From Alphaproteobacteria bacterium (GTDB lineage: Bacteria; Pseudomonadota; Alphaproteobacteria; MPNO01), in NCBI GenBank assembly GCA_964291675.2, contig OZ219865.1:192001-256000 (forward strand): a stretch of 64,000 nucleotides of DNA. The letters are read 5' to 3'. Under the pieces are notes generated by a model that saw only the letters and a list, made by a program, of their open reading frames with translations, searched no databases and was not told the origin of the DNA. Positions 47,039 through 56,823 of this stretch are shown here, piece by piece; the stretch's first letter is position 1; each line of letters opens with the position of its first letter. The position numbers and the translations under genes were made by a program.

Positions 47039-49216
47039 TCAGTACCACTCGCCGGGCTCCGCCCCGTCCGTATCCCCCGGCTCACCGTCCGGCGCCGGGC
47101 CGGGCTCCGGCGCCTTCGGATCGGCGGTTTCCGGCTCGGCCGCGGGCGGTTCGCCGTTCGCCTTCGGCGTCCCGCCCCTGGCGGTATCTTGCCTGCGCGC
47201 CGTGCGCTGGCGCCCCTTCTTCCCCGCAGTCCCGTTCGCGTCCGGACCGCCGTCCGTTTCCGCCCCCGCGGCCTCGCCCGGCAGCGGCGCAAGGTCCAGC
47301 TCGCGCTGAAGAAGAACGGTGTCCCCCGCGCCACCCGGCGCCTTTGCCGGACCCGTACGGGCCTCGCCGGGCGGGTCCGGGATCGCGATGCCGTCATCGT
47401 CGGCAGTTTCAGGAATTGGCGATGGCGGCGGGTTGCCCGGATCGCCGGCAGGTTTACAGGTCTCCGTCGGGCCCTCTTCGCGCGCCACGAACCGCTCCGC
47501 CGCCTTCGGCCGGGCGACGTATTTGAGGCGGATGGAGGCGACCGGGAAGGGGCCGGGGAACTTGAGATAGCCCGAGAGGTTCGGCAGCCGCATGATCTCG
47601 GAGGGGAGCGCCAGCGCGCGCAATTCGCGGCGCGGCGTCAGCGAGACGCCGTCGCGGATGGTGTTGGCGCCGTAGCTGAACCCCTCCGACACTTCCTCGA
47701 TCTCGCTGCGACCGAGGCTGTCGGCCGACCACTGCGCGGTGTCCCGGTCGGGCGCGGCCAGCACGACGCGGGTGCCGCAGAGACCTGAGATGGTCTCCGC
47801 CCCGTTGCGGCCGTAGAGATCGCGCAAGGCCGACGCCACCTGGACGCCGAGCACGAAGCAGCCGCCGAACTGGCGCGACTCGGCGAGCCCCGGCTGGAGC
47901 GAGGGCACCTGGTGGAGGGTGGGGAGCTCGTCCAGGATGACCCAGATGCGCCGCCCGTCGTCCTGGGCGAGCGAGAGCATCGCGTTGACCGCAATCTCGA
48001 GCCAGGTCGAGATCAGACCGCGCAGGCTCGCATGCTGGTCGCCCCTGGACGTGAGGAACAGGAACCCGTCCCGGTCCTCGTCGGAGATCCACTCCCGGAT
48101 CGAGAACGGCTTGCCTTGGTCCGGCAGGAACTCGAGTGCGGACAGGTTGGCCGTGAGCATGGCGCGCACCGAGAGCGCGGTCTTCGGGTTGTCGGGATCG
48201 ACGATGGACTGCGCGACCGTGCCCTCCATCGCCTCGGCGAGCGCCGTCAGGTCGGTCTTGAGCAGATGGTCGACCAGGACCCGGTTCTCGACGATCCCCT
48301 TCTGCCGGAGCACGCCGGCGCCGTTGGAGAACAATTGCCTTGCGGCGGTCACCCAGAACGGGTCCACCGTGTCCTTCTGCTGCGGGATCAGCGCGGCCGC
48401 CATCATGTCGAAGTCGCGCGGGTTCCTGGCTTCGAGGAACGGCGACCAGCGCGGAGCGCGGGCATCCAGCGGGTTCATCAGCACGTCGCGGCGTTCATCG
48501 AAGAAGGACCGGGTGTAGCTCCCCATCTTGTCGTAGAGGACGCAGCGCTCGCCGCGGGCGCGGACCTGAGAGACGAGATCGGAGATCAGCACGGTCTTGC
48601 CCGAGCCGGTGGTGCCCGAGACGATCGTGTGCTGGGTCTCGGCGCGCTCCGGATACGGGATGCCGGCGATGGACCAGGGGCGGAGACGCCGACCGCCAAG
48701 CATCCGCTCGAGCGCGCGGAGGCGGGCGGGCCGCACCCGGCGGCGCAGCTCGCCGGCCGTCACCATCTCGGCGCCCCTTATGCGCCGCTGGCGGCCGAGC
48801 TGCGCGCCGCGGACCCGGAACGCGATCAGGAACAGCCCGATCAGCCCGCCGCCCGCCGCCAGGCCCAGCCCGGCGCTTGCGAACGTCTCCTCCTTGATGC
48901 GTTCCCGCGCCTCGCGTGCCGGCACGGACACCGCGATGTCGCGGATCCGCAGCACGCGCCGCGTGCCGTCGGCGAAGCGGATTTCCTGGCCCGAGTCGGG
49001 ATCGTAGCCGAGCGCGAGCTTGACCTCGGCCAGCGTCACCATGCCGGCGGCGTACCACTCCGCCCCCGTGGTGCGGTGCCACAGCGTCCAGGCCGGCACG
49101 GCGACGGTGGTGAAGGCCGCGAACAGCATCGCCGCCCGGAACAGCTGCCCCCACATGCGGATCGAATGGAAGACGGTCTGGCCGCCCCGGAGCGTGCTGC
49201 CGCCGATGCCGCGCAT
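47039..49216 (-). CDS. traD: Type IV coupling protein TraD
   Basis: N-terminal TM segments, HTIVSGTTGSGKT, DPFW, WVILDELPTL, ESRQFGG, LPSEIMRLPNL. Confidence 0.95.
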   Translation of the reverse strand: MRGIGGSTLRGGQTVFHSIRMWGQLFRAAMLFAAFTTVAVPAWTLWHRTTGAEWYAAGMVTLAEVKLALGYDPDSGQEIRFADGTRRVLRIRDIAVSVPAREARERIKEETFASAGLGLAAGGGLIGLFLIAFRVRGAQLGRQRRIRGAEMVTAGELRRRVRPARLRALERMLGGRRLRPWSIAGIPYPERAETQHTIVSGTTGSGKTVLISDLVSQVRARGERCVLYDKMGSYTRSFFDERRDVLMNPLDARAPRWSPFLEARNPRDFDMMAAALIPQQKDTVDPFWVTAARQLFSNGAGVLRQKGIVENRVLVDHLLKTDLTALAEAMEGTVAQSIVDPDNPKTALSVRAMLTANLSALEFLPDQGKPFSIREWISDEDRDGFLFLTSRGDQHASLRGLISTWLEIAVNAMLSLAQDDGRRIWVILDELPTLHQVPSLQPGLAESRQFGGCFVLGVQVASALRDLYGRNGAETISGLCGTRVVLAAPDRDTAQWSADSLGRSEIEEVSEGFSYGANTIRDGVSLTPRRELRALALPSEIMRLPNLSGYLKFPGPFPVASIRLKYVARPKAAERFVAREEGPTETCKPAGDPGNPPPSPIPETADDDGIAIPDPPGEARTGPAKAPGGAGDTVLLQRELDLAPLPGEAAGAETDGGPDANGTAGKKGRQRTARRQDTARGGTPKANGEPPAAEPETADPKAPEPGPAPDGEPGDTDGAEPGEWY

Positions 49217-49347
49217 CACGCTCTCCCCGCCGCCGCGCGGCACGCCGCCCGGAGGCCGGGTCGGGCCGGGGGCCGGGCGAAGGAGGCCGGGCCGGAGAAA
49301 GCCGCCCGGAACTCCGCCTGTCCCAAACCGCCGTATCCCCGGAGGCC

Positions 49348-49728
49348 ATGACCATGACGGGAATATCCACGACCCCGGCGCCCGCCGCGCCCACCCGGAC
49401 CGAGCGCGCCGTCTTGCTCGGCGGCTTCGTGCTTGCGGCGCCCGCCACCGCGTGGTCCGCGGTCACGGCAGCCTGCCCCGGACCCGTTCCGGGGCCGGAC
49501 ATCGAGACGGTCGGCGCCGCGTGGCTCGCAGCGGGCGCCTGGGCCGCCCTCTCCTCGCTGGCGCTCGCGCTCCGGCGGGGTTTCCGCCACGGCGACTGGA
49601 GCCCCTTCCGCCGCTACAGGCTCCCGGACGGCCCGGATAGCGATCTCGACATCGACACGAGGACGGGCATGTACGCGTATCTGCGCGACGAGGAGGATCG
49701 GCTGCTCCACGACGATGACCGGCGCTGA
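49348..49728 (+). CDS. Small membrane protein convergent with traG; candidate entry-exclusion protein
   Basis: Two hydrophobic segments; RBS ggagg; antisense to the tra operon at the traG 3' end. Confidence 0.55.
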   Translation: MTMTGISTTPAPAAPTRTERAVLLGGFVLAAPATAWSAVTAACPGPVPGPDIETVGAAWLAAGAWAALSSLALALRRGFRHGDWSPFRRYRLPDGPDSDLDIDTRTGMYAYLRDEEDRLLHDDDRR

Positions 49729-49745
49729 ACGGCCCGCGGCCCGGA

Positions 49746-52685
49746 TCATGGAGAGGAGTCCCCCCAACCCTCCTGGCCCGGACGCCGATCCGGGCTTTCG
49801 GTCCGCGGCCGGTCCCTGCCGTCCCCGACCGGTGCGGCGTCGGGCACGGCATTCTTCGCGGTCCCGTAAAGCTTGCCGGCGAGCCAGTCGCCGACAACCG
49901 GCAGGTTCTCCGTCGCGTGGCGCTCGAAGGGCTTCTCCGTCTCGACCGCCACCCCGGCGCGGCCTTCGCGGGCGTCCTCCCGCGCGATCCCGGCGCGCGC
50001 CTCGCGCCCGGCCTCCCTCACCGTCATGTCGGCCCGGGTCTCCGCGCGCGCGCCGAGTGCGGCCTCCTCGACCGCACCCGGTTCCGGCGCCCCGGCATCC
50101 CGCGCCCGATCCCTCGCGCCCGCTGACCAGCCCCCGTAAGCCGCCGCGGTCTCTCTTCCGTAAGCTTCGCGTAGCGCGCCCGCCGCACCCTCGTATTCCA
50201 CCGCGCCGCCGACCGTTGAGGGATCGGGGCCGGCGGGGGCGGGGAACTTCTCGGCGATGAAGGCGGCGGCGTGCTCACGCAGGGCCTCGGCGTCCTCCGG
50301 GGTCTGGGGCGAGGCGATGCGCATGGCGCCGGCGGCGCCGATCGCGCGCCCGTCCGTTCCCGGCCGCTCCGAGAGCCAGGCGAAGAAGGGCTGGCCGAGC
50401 TCGCGCTCGATCGCCTGGGCGTCCGCGCGCACCCGCGCGGCCTGCTCCGACCAGCTCTCCGATTCCTGGCGCGCGAGCGAGGCGCGCTCCTGGAAGGTCC
50501 GCATGCGGGTGAGGTTGGCGCTGAGGCTCTCGTCCAGGCTCGCCGCCTCGCTCTCCCCGGTTGCGGTGGAGTAGCGCCGCGACGCCTCCGAGACGCGCGA
50601 CCAGAGGTCGGTCACCTGGTGGCTCCGGGCATAGTCCTTCACCGCATTCCAGGCGTCGCGCCCGATGGTCTGGCCGCGCCACATGGCCGAACCGTCGGCG
50701 CCGAGCCTGACGACGAAGTCCCAGCCGGCGCCGACCCTCGCCTGGCCGGTCAGCACCGCCATCTGATCCCTCGAGATCCCGGCGGTCTCCGACATCTTGT
50801 CGTAATGCGCCTCCAGCGCCTGGACCTGGGTGCTCTCGCTCTCCGTCACGCCCCGCGCATGCGCCTCCCCGGTCGAGACGTCATGGGAATAGCGCTCGAT
50901 CAGGCCCGTCGCATCGGTGACGGCGGCGTTGCGCGCCTGTCCCGCCTCCGCCGACCAGTGCCGCGAGAGCGACCGCGCCTCCGCGGCGCGGGTCTCGTGA
51001 GAGGTCGCGAGCGACTCCGACAGTCTGACCCCCGCCGCCGGGATGCGGCTGGTCGCGGCGCCCATGTCGGCGATAGGCGTGCCGTCGCCCGCCACGGTGA
51101 ACGCCGCCCCGGCGGGCGCGTAGCCGGTGTAGCGGTCGGTGTCGACATGGGCCGAGGTGCGGATCTGGCGCCCCTCCAGGGTCGCGAAGCGGTGCGTGTC
51201 GTAACCCGTGTTGGCGAGGCTGAGATTGCCGGTGGTGCCCTCATGCGCGGCGGACGAAGCGGCATCCTGCCCGACCGCGAGGACGGACGTGGCGAGGACC
51301 GTTGCTTTCGAGAGCCCGTAGGCCAGCGCCGCCGCCAGGAACGGCACCGACATCGACAGGTATCCCGACATCACCGCGACATCCGACGCCACGGCCCTGA
51401 TCCCAGCCTGCGCCACCAGCGAGATGCCGATGTCCCCGCCGGGCATCAGCGCGGCGGCCTGCATCCTTTCAGCGGCTTCCCCCATGCTGATCCGGTGCAG
51501 CACCGCGTAGAGCGGCCCCCAGGACTGGAGCCAGACCAGCCCGGTGACGTAGGAGCGGAAGATCGCGCCCCCCGCCGGGGTCAGCATCAGCAGCACCGCC
51601 ATCGGGAACGCCCCGACATAGAGGCACTCGAAGACGATCCGCAGCAGCGGCACCCAGGTCTCGGCCTGCCGCCCTATGGCGCGATAGGCCGAGACCGTCT
51701 GCGCCTCGGCACGGGCTTCCGTGTAGGCCCTGAGCGCCGCCGCGTTGCCAGCCTCCGCCGCCCATTGCTCGCCCGCGTCGTGGACGGCGTTGAGCACCAT
51801 CTGCTGGCGCATGATCTCGCCCGCCGCGCGCGACGCGCCGATCAGGAAGGTATGGGCGGCCGGGAGCGCCGCCAGAAGTTCGGCCCGCGCAAGCGCCTCG
51901 GTGCGCGCGTCCGGGAAGATGCGCCGCCCGAACACGGTGCCGGCGCGCGCAATCTCGGCGTTCCACTGCCCGTTCAGCCGTCCCGCCGCGTCGCGGCAGG
52001 TGACGACCTGGCGGTCGATCGGCGTCGCGCCGGTGCCGGACGCGGCTTGGCGCGTGGCGAACTCCACCATGCGCGCGGGCGAGGCGCCGGCCGAGGGCGA
52101 GCCCGTGGCGGTGACCAGCGACCAGATGTCGGTCGACTCGCGCAGATCGTCCGCCGAGATGTGCCCGAGCAGCAGGGCGTGGAACACGCATTGCCGGGCA
52201 TAGTTGCGGACGTTGCGCGCGAACACCGTGTCGGTGATCTCAAGCCTCGTCGTCTTGGCCGCGAGCCGCGCCCCGAAGATCAGCCCGTGGCGGCGGTACT
52301 GGAGATCGTTGGGCAGCGTAAAGGCCTGCTCGGTGAGGCGCGTCAGCCCGTCGCCGATATTGCTGGTGAGCGAGGCGAAGAGGGCGAGGCCGATGGGCAC
52401 ATTGGCCACCACGGCCGGCGCCAGTGTCGGATCGAGCCGGTCGACCACCCGCACGGTCGCCTTCGGCACGATCATCGCGCCCCAGACCGCGACGAACAGC
52501 AGCATCCACTTCGCGTTGTCCTTCCACGAGCCGCCGAAGGCAGTGCGGAACAGCACCCAGGCAAGCCCCGCGACGCCGGCGAGCTGGGCGAGGGTGATGT
52601 AGGCGCCGCCGCCGGTGATCGCGGCGACCGCGTTCAGGAGATCGACGAGGTAGGTGCCGCCGCCAAGGGTGAAGAGCTCGTACAT
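49746..52685 (-). CDS. traG: Mating-pair stabilisation protein TraG (F-type)
   Basis: YELFTLGGG...LLNAVAA, VANVPIGLA, WLQSWGPLYAVLH; follows traH. Confidence 0.93.
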   Translation of the reverse strand: MYELFTLGGGTYLVDLLNAVAAITGGGAYITLAQLAGVAGLAWVLFRTAFGGSWKDNAKWMLLFVAVWGAMIVPKATVRVVDRLDPTLAPAVVANVPIGLALFASLTSNIGDGLTRLTEQAFTLPNDLQYRRHGLIFGARLAAKTTRLEITDTVFARNVRNYARQCVFHALLLGHISADDLRESTDIWSLVTATGSPSAGASPARMVEFATRQAASGTGATPIDRQVVTCRDAAGRLNGQWNAEIARAGTVFGRRIFPDARTEALARAELLAALPAAHTFLIGASRAAGEIMRQQMVLNAVHDAGEQWAAEAGNAAALRAYTEARAEAQTVSAYRAIGRQAETWVPLLRIVFECLYVGAFPMAVLLMLTPAGGAIFRSYVTGLVWLQSWGPLYAVLHRISMGEAAERMQAAALMPGGDIGISLVAQAGIRAVASDVAVMSGYLSMSVPFLAAALAYGLSKATVLATSVLAVGQDAASSAAHEGTTGNLSLANTGYDTHRFATLEGRQIRTSAHVDTDRYTGYAPAGAAFTVAGDGTPIADMGAATSRIPAAGVRLSESLATSHETRAAEARSLSRHWSAEAGQARNAAVTDATGLIERYSHDVSTGEAHARGVTESESTQVQALEAHYDKMSETAGISRDQMAVLTGQARVGAGWDFVVRLGADGSAMWRGQTIGRDAWNAVKDYARSHQVTDLWSRVSEASRRYSTATGESEAASLDESLSANLTRMRTFQERASLARQESESWSEQAARVRADAQAIERELGQPFFAWLSERPGTDGRAIGAAGAMRIASPQTPEDAEALREHAAAFIAEKFPAPAGPDPSTVGGAVEYEGAAGALREAYGRETAAAYGGWSAGARDRARDAGAPEPGAVEEAALGARAETRADMTVREAGREARAGIAREDAREGRAGVAVETEKPFERHATENLPVVGDWLAGKLYGTAKNAVPDAAPVGDGRDRPRTESPDRRPGQEGWGDSSP

Positions 52686-52698
52686 TATATATAGGGAA

Positions 52699-54117
52699 CT
52701 ACCGCGACCCCGCCCCGGCGCCGCCGCGCGCGAAGGCCAATGCCGCACGGAGGTCCGCCGAGAGCGCCCCGGCGAGCTCGGTCTCGATCAGGCGCAGCTT
52801 CTCGACCACGGCGAGCGCGGTGTTGAGGCGCTCAAGCCCCTGGTGGCGGTGCCGGGCGAGTGCGACCCGGTTCGACCTCAACCCCTCGCGCCAGCGCCGC
52901 AACTGCTCGCCGTCGGCGATGTCCAGCGTCCCGGCGCGCTCCTCGACCGTGCGGTGCAGGTCGGTGATCCAGACCTGCATCACGTCGAGCGCCACGGCTT
53001 CCGCCAGCGCGTCCATCTCCTGGTCGATCACCGCGCCCCGGTAGGCCGCCGCCGCGTTGGCCACCCGGTAGACCGGGAGCGTCGTGAGGTTGACCAGCCC
53101 CAGCGCCGGGGCGGGCGGCGCGGTATCGGTGCGGACTGCATCGACCAGGTCGCGCAGCAGTCCCGCGACCCGTTCCCGGAAGCCCCGGTTGGCGGGGATG
53201 GTCACCGTACCGAGCGTCGGATTGAGGCAGAGGTTCGGCGTGTCGCAGCTATAGACCGGCAGCGCGCCGCCGCCCTCCATCAGGGTCTCGGTGACGCGCC
53301 GGTCCAGCGCCAGCGGCTCGAGAATCCGCACCCTGGGGCCGGAGGCGTCGCCGTCCGAGGTCGGCGCCGTCACGATCAATGTACCCGTGACCGCCATGGC
53401 GAACTCCGCCAATTGCGTGTCGCCCGAGAGGAAGGACGACGCCCGGATCGCCTTCCAGGCGTAGTTGACGTTGACCGGTACCTGGTCGGCCATCGGCCCC
53501 GAAGCGGCGGCCAGCGTCGAGTTGCGCTTCCCGTCCGCGCCGCAGCCGTGCTTCGCGGCGGCGTAATCGGAGAAGATGCCCTGGCCGGTGCCGACCGCGG
53601 CGCAGATCGCGGCCGAGGCCCGGTCGTTCTTGGACCAGAGCGCGCCGACCAGCGCCTGGGCGGTCTCGCAGCTGTTCAGGTTCTGGCTGTTGACCCACTG
53701 CGCCAGTGCCCGGAGCTTGGCCATGGTCTCGGCGATCACCGGCGAGATGGTCTCCAATGCGAGTTCGAAGGCGAAGCCGGCGGCGTTCTGCGCCACCGCG
53801 CGGCCGAAGGCGATCAACTGGTCGCTGTTGATGAACGAGAACGCGCCGGCGAAGGCGTCGATGCCGCCGCAGCCGGACCGGAAGGAGGGCAGGTTGACGG
53901 TGGCGATCTGTTCGGAGCGCACCGGCGAGCGGAGATAGAGGTTGCCGAGCGTCCAGTGGCCCGAGGCCTGGCCCTGGAAGGCGGTCGGCCCCGTGGTGTT
54001 GACCGCGGCGCCCTGCCAGAAGCGGCCCATCTCCGAGAGCACGTCGGCACTGGCGGGCGCGGCCAGCGCCAGCAGCAGGGCGGCGCAGATCGCGCCCTTC
54101 TTCAGATCAATAGTCAT
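52699..54117 (-). CDS. traH: Pilus assembly protein TraH
   Basis: Signal peptide, NTTGPTAFQGQ, LPSFRSGCGGIDAFAGAFSFIN, NSCETAQALV. Confidence 0.95.
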   Translation of the reverse strand: MTIDLKKGAICAALLLALAAPASADVLSEMGRFWQGAAVNTTGPTAFQGQASGHWTLGNLYLRSPVRSEQIATVNLPSFRSGCGGIDAFAGAFSFINSDQLIAFGRAVAQNAAGFAFELALETISPVIAETMAKLRALAQWVNSQNLNSCETAQALVGALWSKNDRASAAICAAVGTGQGIFSDYAAAKHGCGADGKRNSTLAAASGPMADQVPVNVNYAWKAIRASSFLSGDTQLAEFAMAVTGTLIVTAPTSDGDASGPRVRILEPLALDRRVTETLMEGGGALPVYSCDTPNLCLNPTLGTVTIPANRGFRERVAGLLRDLVDAVRTDTAPPAPALGLVNLTTLPVYRVANAAAAYRGAVIDQEMDALAEAVALDVMQVWITDLHRTVEERAGTLDIADGEQLRRWREGLRSNRVALARHRHQGLERLNTALAVVEKLRLIETELAGALSADLRAALAFARGGAGAGSR

Positions 54118-54931
54118 TGCCCTGCTCCAGTGCGGTGAGCGCGTAGATGCGTTCGGCCATCTGGTTCTCGGCCAGGACGCCGAAGCCGACCGGCAGGACG
54201 CGTTTCGTTTGGGTGTCGAACAGCACCAGCGCAGGAACCGGTGCGTTGCCGAGGCCGAGCCGGGACGCGCGCCCGTTGTCGGGGACGGCCTCGGGCCAGC
54301 CCTCCAGCGCCTCGCCCGTGAGCGAAACCGCCAGCACGTCGAGGCCGTGGCGCCGGGCGAAGGCGCGCAGCAGCGGGCCGAACACCTTGCATCCCGCGCA
54401 GCCCGCGTGTCCCAGGTAGATCAGCCCGTAGCGCTCGCCGAGGCGGGCGAGGGCTGCGTCGCGCGCCTGCCGGCGTCCGTCGGACCAGACCTGCTTGGCC
54501 AGCGCGCCGACCGGGCGGCGCAGCGTGTAGTCGAGCTCCGGCGTCGCCCAGACCGTGCGCCGGAACGCGTCGGAGAAGACGGCGGCGCGTTGCAGCGTCT
54601 CCTGTTGCAGGCGCAGATAGACGGTCACATTCTCAGAGGTAGGATCGAGGATCGCCTCGGCGCGCGCCTCTTCCAGCGCCTTGCGCATCGCCCCGATGCG
54701 CTCCGACGCGGATTGCGCCGGACCGGAAGAGGGAGGGGGCGGGGCCGTGGCGGGTTCGGCCCGTTCCGGCTCTTCGGCCCGGTCGCAGTAGAAGTGCCAG
54801 CCGAGCGATGCGCCGGAGTCTTCTTCGCCGCACCAGGACCGCCATTCCCCACCGGCCGCGGGCGCCTCCAGGGCCGACCACACGACCGCCGCCGCGACGG
54901 CGCGTTTCACGGCACGCAGCACGGCGCGCAT
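54107..54931 (-). CDS. traF: Pilus assembly protein TraF (thioredoxin-like)
   Basis: GWHFYCD, AILDPTSENV, PELDY, CAGC, VPALVLFD. Confidence 0.9.
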   Translation of the reverse strand: MRAVLRAVKRAVAAAVVWSALEAPAAGGEWRSWCGEEDSGASLGWHFYCDRAEEPERAEPATAPPPPSSGPAQSASERIGAMRKALEEARAEAILDPTSENVTVYLRLQQETLQRAAVFSDAFRRTVWATPELDYTLRRPVGALAKQVWSDGRRQARDAALARLGERYGLIYLGHAGCAGCKVFGPLLRAFARRHGLDVLAVSLTGEALEGWPEAVPDNGRASRLGLGNAPVPALVLFDTQTKRVLPVGFGVLAENQMAERIYALTALEQGNDY

Positions 54932-54933
54932 CG

Positions 54934-56085
54934 TCACTGGCCCCGCCGGTAGAACTCGCGGATGCGTGTGCGTATAACCGCGCCCGTGTCGCCCGCGTCG
55001 GGCAGCGAGACCGAAGGCTCGCGGGAGCCGTCCATCAGATCCTCGGTGAACTCCGAGAGGTCGAGGCGGGCGAAGTCGATGCCCTCGATCTCGGCCACGG
55101 TGAGGCCGCGGCAGCTCGACCAGCCGATGCCGAGCTGGGCCCGGCCCTGCTGCTGCAGGATGCGCCCGAGCTTCGAGCCGAACACGCACCAGGCCCGCGA
55201 GCGCCGGATGCAGGCGCCGAAGAAGGCGCGCTTCGAGCAGTAGCGCCCGAGATAGTGGGTGTTGCCGGCGTTGCGCTCCTCCGCCAGCTCGCGCTCCGAG
55301 GCCGAGCAGTTGCCCATACCCACCAGCAGTCCGCTGTTCTTGCAGCAGTTGGCGAGCCCAAACAGCTTGATGTGGCAGGCCCTGCGCTGGCCGGTGAAGA
55401 AGCGCATGTCCTGGCGGTCGAACTCGTCTCCGCCCAGCTCCAGCGCCATGTTGAGCCGGGTCGTCGCGTTCACGAAGCCGGTGTTCGCCTGCGGCTCGAC
55501 GGTCTCGCAGCCGACGCCGACGCAGTAGCTCACGGAGCCGCAGGATCCGCCGTCGTCCGCGTCCCGGAGGTCCGCGCCGCAGGCCGTGGCGCTGCCGGAG
55601 GCGAGGCCGGCCGCGCCATGCGCCGCCGACTGCGGCGAGGCCGCGACGGTCTCCGAGCGCCGAACCATCGGATCGCTCGCCGGCACGTTCGCGGCGGGCC
55701 GCGCGGTCGTGCCCTCGATCACCACGCGTCCGGCCGTGCCGCCCGGGTCGTTCGGATCGGCGAGCCGCGTCCGGCCCTCGTCCTGGAGCCGGCTCGCGCC
55801 GATGCCACGCTGCGGCAGGTTCGTGCCGGCGTAACCGGGAATGTCGGCAGCTTCCGAGGAATCACGCGCAATCGTCCGCGCCGCCTCATTGCCCGCATTG
55901 CCGATGGCGCGCGCCGCCGCCTTGGGGTCTCCTGCCCCCCCGGCTCGGAGGCCGGGGCCGGCTCCCCCCGATCCGGGGTCCGCATGTGCGGCGCCGCCGA
56001 ACACAATCCAGAGAAGAAAGCCGCAAACCGCCGTCATCAGCACCCAGCCGAACATCCGGCTCGCCCGCTCTCTCCGCGCTGTCAT
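54934..56085 (-). CDS. traN: Unusually short TraN (383 aa)
   Basis: C-terminal FFTGQRRAC...NCC...CSASE...YLGRYC...WCVFGSKLGRILQQQGRAQL...CRGLT...IDFARLDLSEF. Confidence 0.88.
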   Translation of the reverse strand: MTARRERASRMFGWVLMTAVCGFLLWIVFGGAAHADPGSGGAGPGLRAGGAGDPKAAARAIGNAGNEAARTIARDSSEAADIPGYAGTNLPQRGIGASRLQDEGRTRLADPNDPGGTAGRVVIEGTTARPAANVPASDPMVRRSETVAASPQSAAHGAAGLASGSATACGADLRDADDGGSCGSVSYCVGVGCETVEPQANTGFVNATTRLNMALELGGDEFDRQDMRFFTGQRRACHIKLFGLANCCKNSGLLVGMGNCSASERELAEERNAGNTHYLGRYCSKRAFFGACIRRSRAWCVFGSKLGRILQQQGRAQLGIGWSSCRGLTVAEIEGIDFARLDLSEFTEDLMDGSREPSVSLPDAGDTGAVIRTRIREFYRRGQ

Positions 56086-56813
56086 GGCTCCCTCCCGAGG
56101 CGTTCCAGATATGCCTTCGCGACGTCGCATCCCGAATCGCCCTCCTCGGCGACCGCCTCCAGCGCTGCGATCAGGCCGATGTTCCCGGCAATGCGATCGT
56201 GCGGCGGTGCGGGATCGTCCGCGCAGCCCCGGCTTTCGCACGGCGGCACGCCGCCCGGCACCACCGCGACGGCGGGCACCCGCTCGACGCCGAACAGCCG
56301 GAACAGGCGCGGGTCGATGGCGATCCCGGCCTCCGCCCCGCCGAGGCGCTCGCCGATCTTCTTCGCGGTCGCGGGCAGCCCGCCGTCACCGACGCCGCGC
56401 AGCACCAGCGGCGCACCCGCCTTCGCGGCCTCGCGCGCCCACTGCCGCCAGCTCGCGGCGGGCACCGACAGGCTCGTGAAGATGAGGACTTCCGCCGTGC
56501 CGGAACGCGGTCCCGAGAGTGCGCCGGCGTGGCGTTCGGCCGGAAGGGGCGCAGTCGAGCCGGGAAGGGTCTGTCGCGCGGTCCCGCCGGCCCGTTCCAG
56601 CGCGCGGTCGAGGATCGAGCGCGTCCAGGCGCCGAGCGACTCCCCGTCATCGCCGCCCGCCTTGCGCAACACGTCCTCAACCAGCCGGGCCGCGTCCGTA
56701 TCCGGGGTCGACGCACGCGGCGACTCCTCTGCCCACGCGGGACCGCAGCATCCCGCGAGACCGAGCGCGGCAGTCAGCAGGAAGGCGATTCGAACGCCAG
56801 TATTCCGGGTCAT
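56082..56813 (-). CDS. trbC: F-type pilin assembly protein TrbC
   Basis: IFTSLSVP, LVLRG, IDPRLFRLFGVERVPA, IAGNIGL. Confidence 0.9.
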   Translation of the reverse strand: MTRNTGVRIAFLLTAALGLAGCCGPAWAEESPRASTPDTDAARLVEDVLRKAGGDDGESLGAWTRSILDRALERAGGTARQTLPGSTAPLPAERHAGALSGPRSGTAEVLIFTSLSVPAASWRQWAREAAKAGAPLVLRGVGDGGLPATAKKIGERLGGAEAGIAIDPRLFRLFGVERVPAVAVVPGGVPPCESRGCADDPAPPHDRIAGNIGLIAALEAVAEEGDSGCDVAKAYLERLGREP

Positions 56814-56823
56814 TTCAAGGGTC

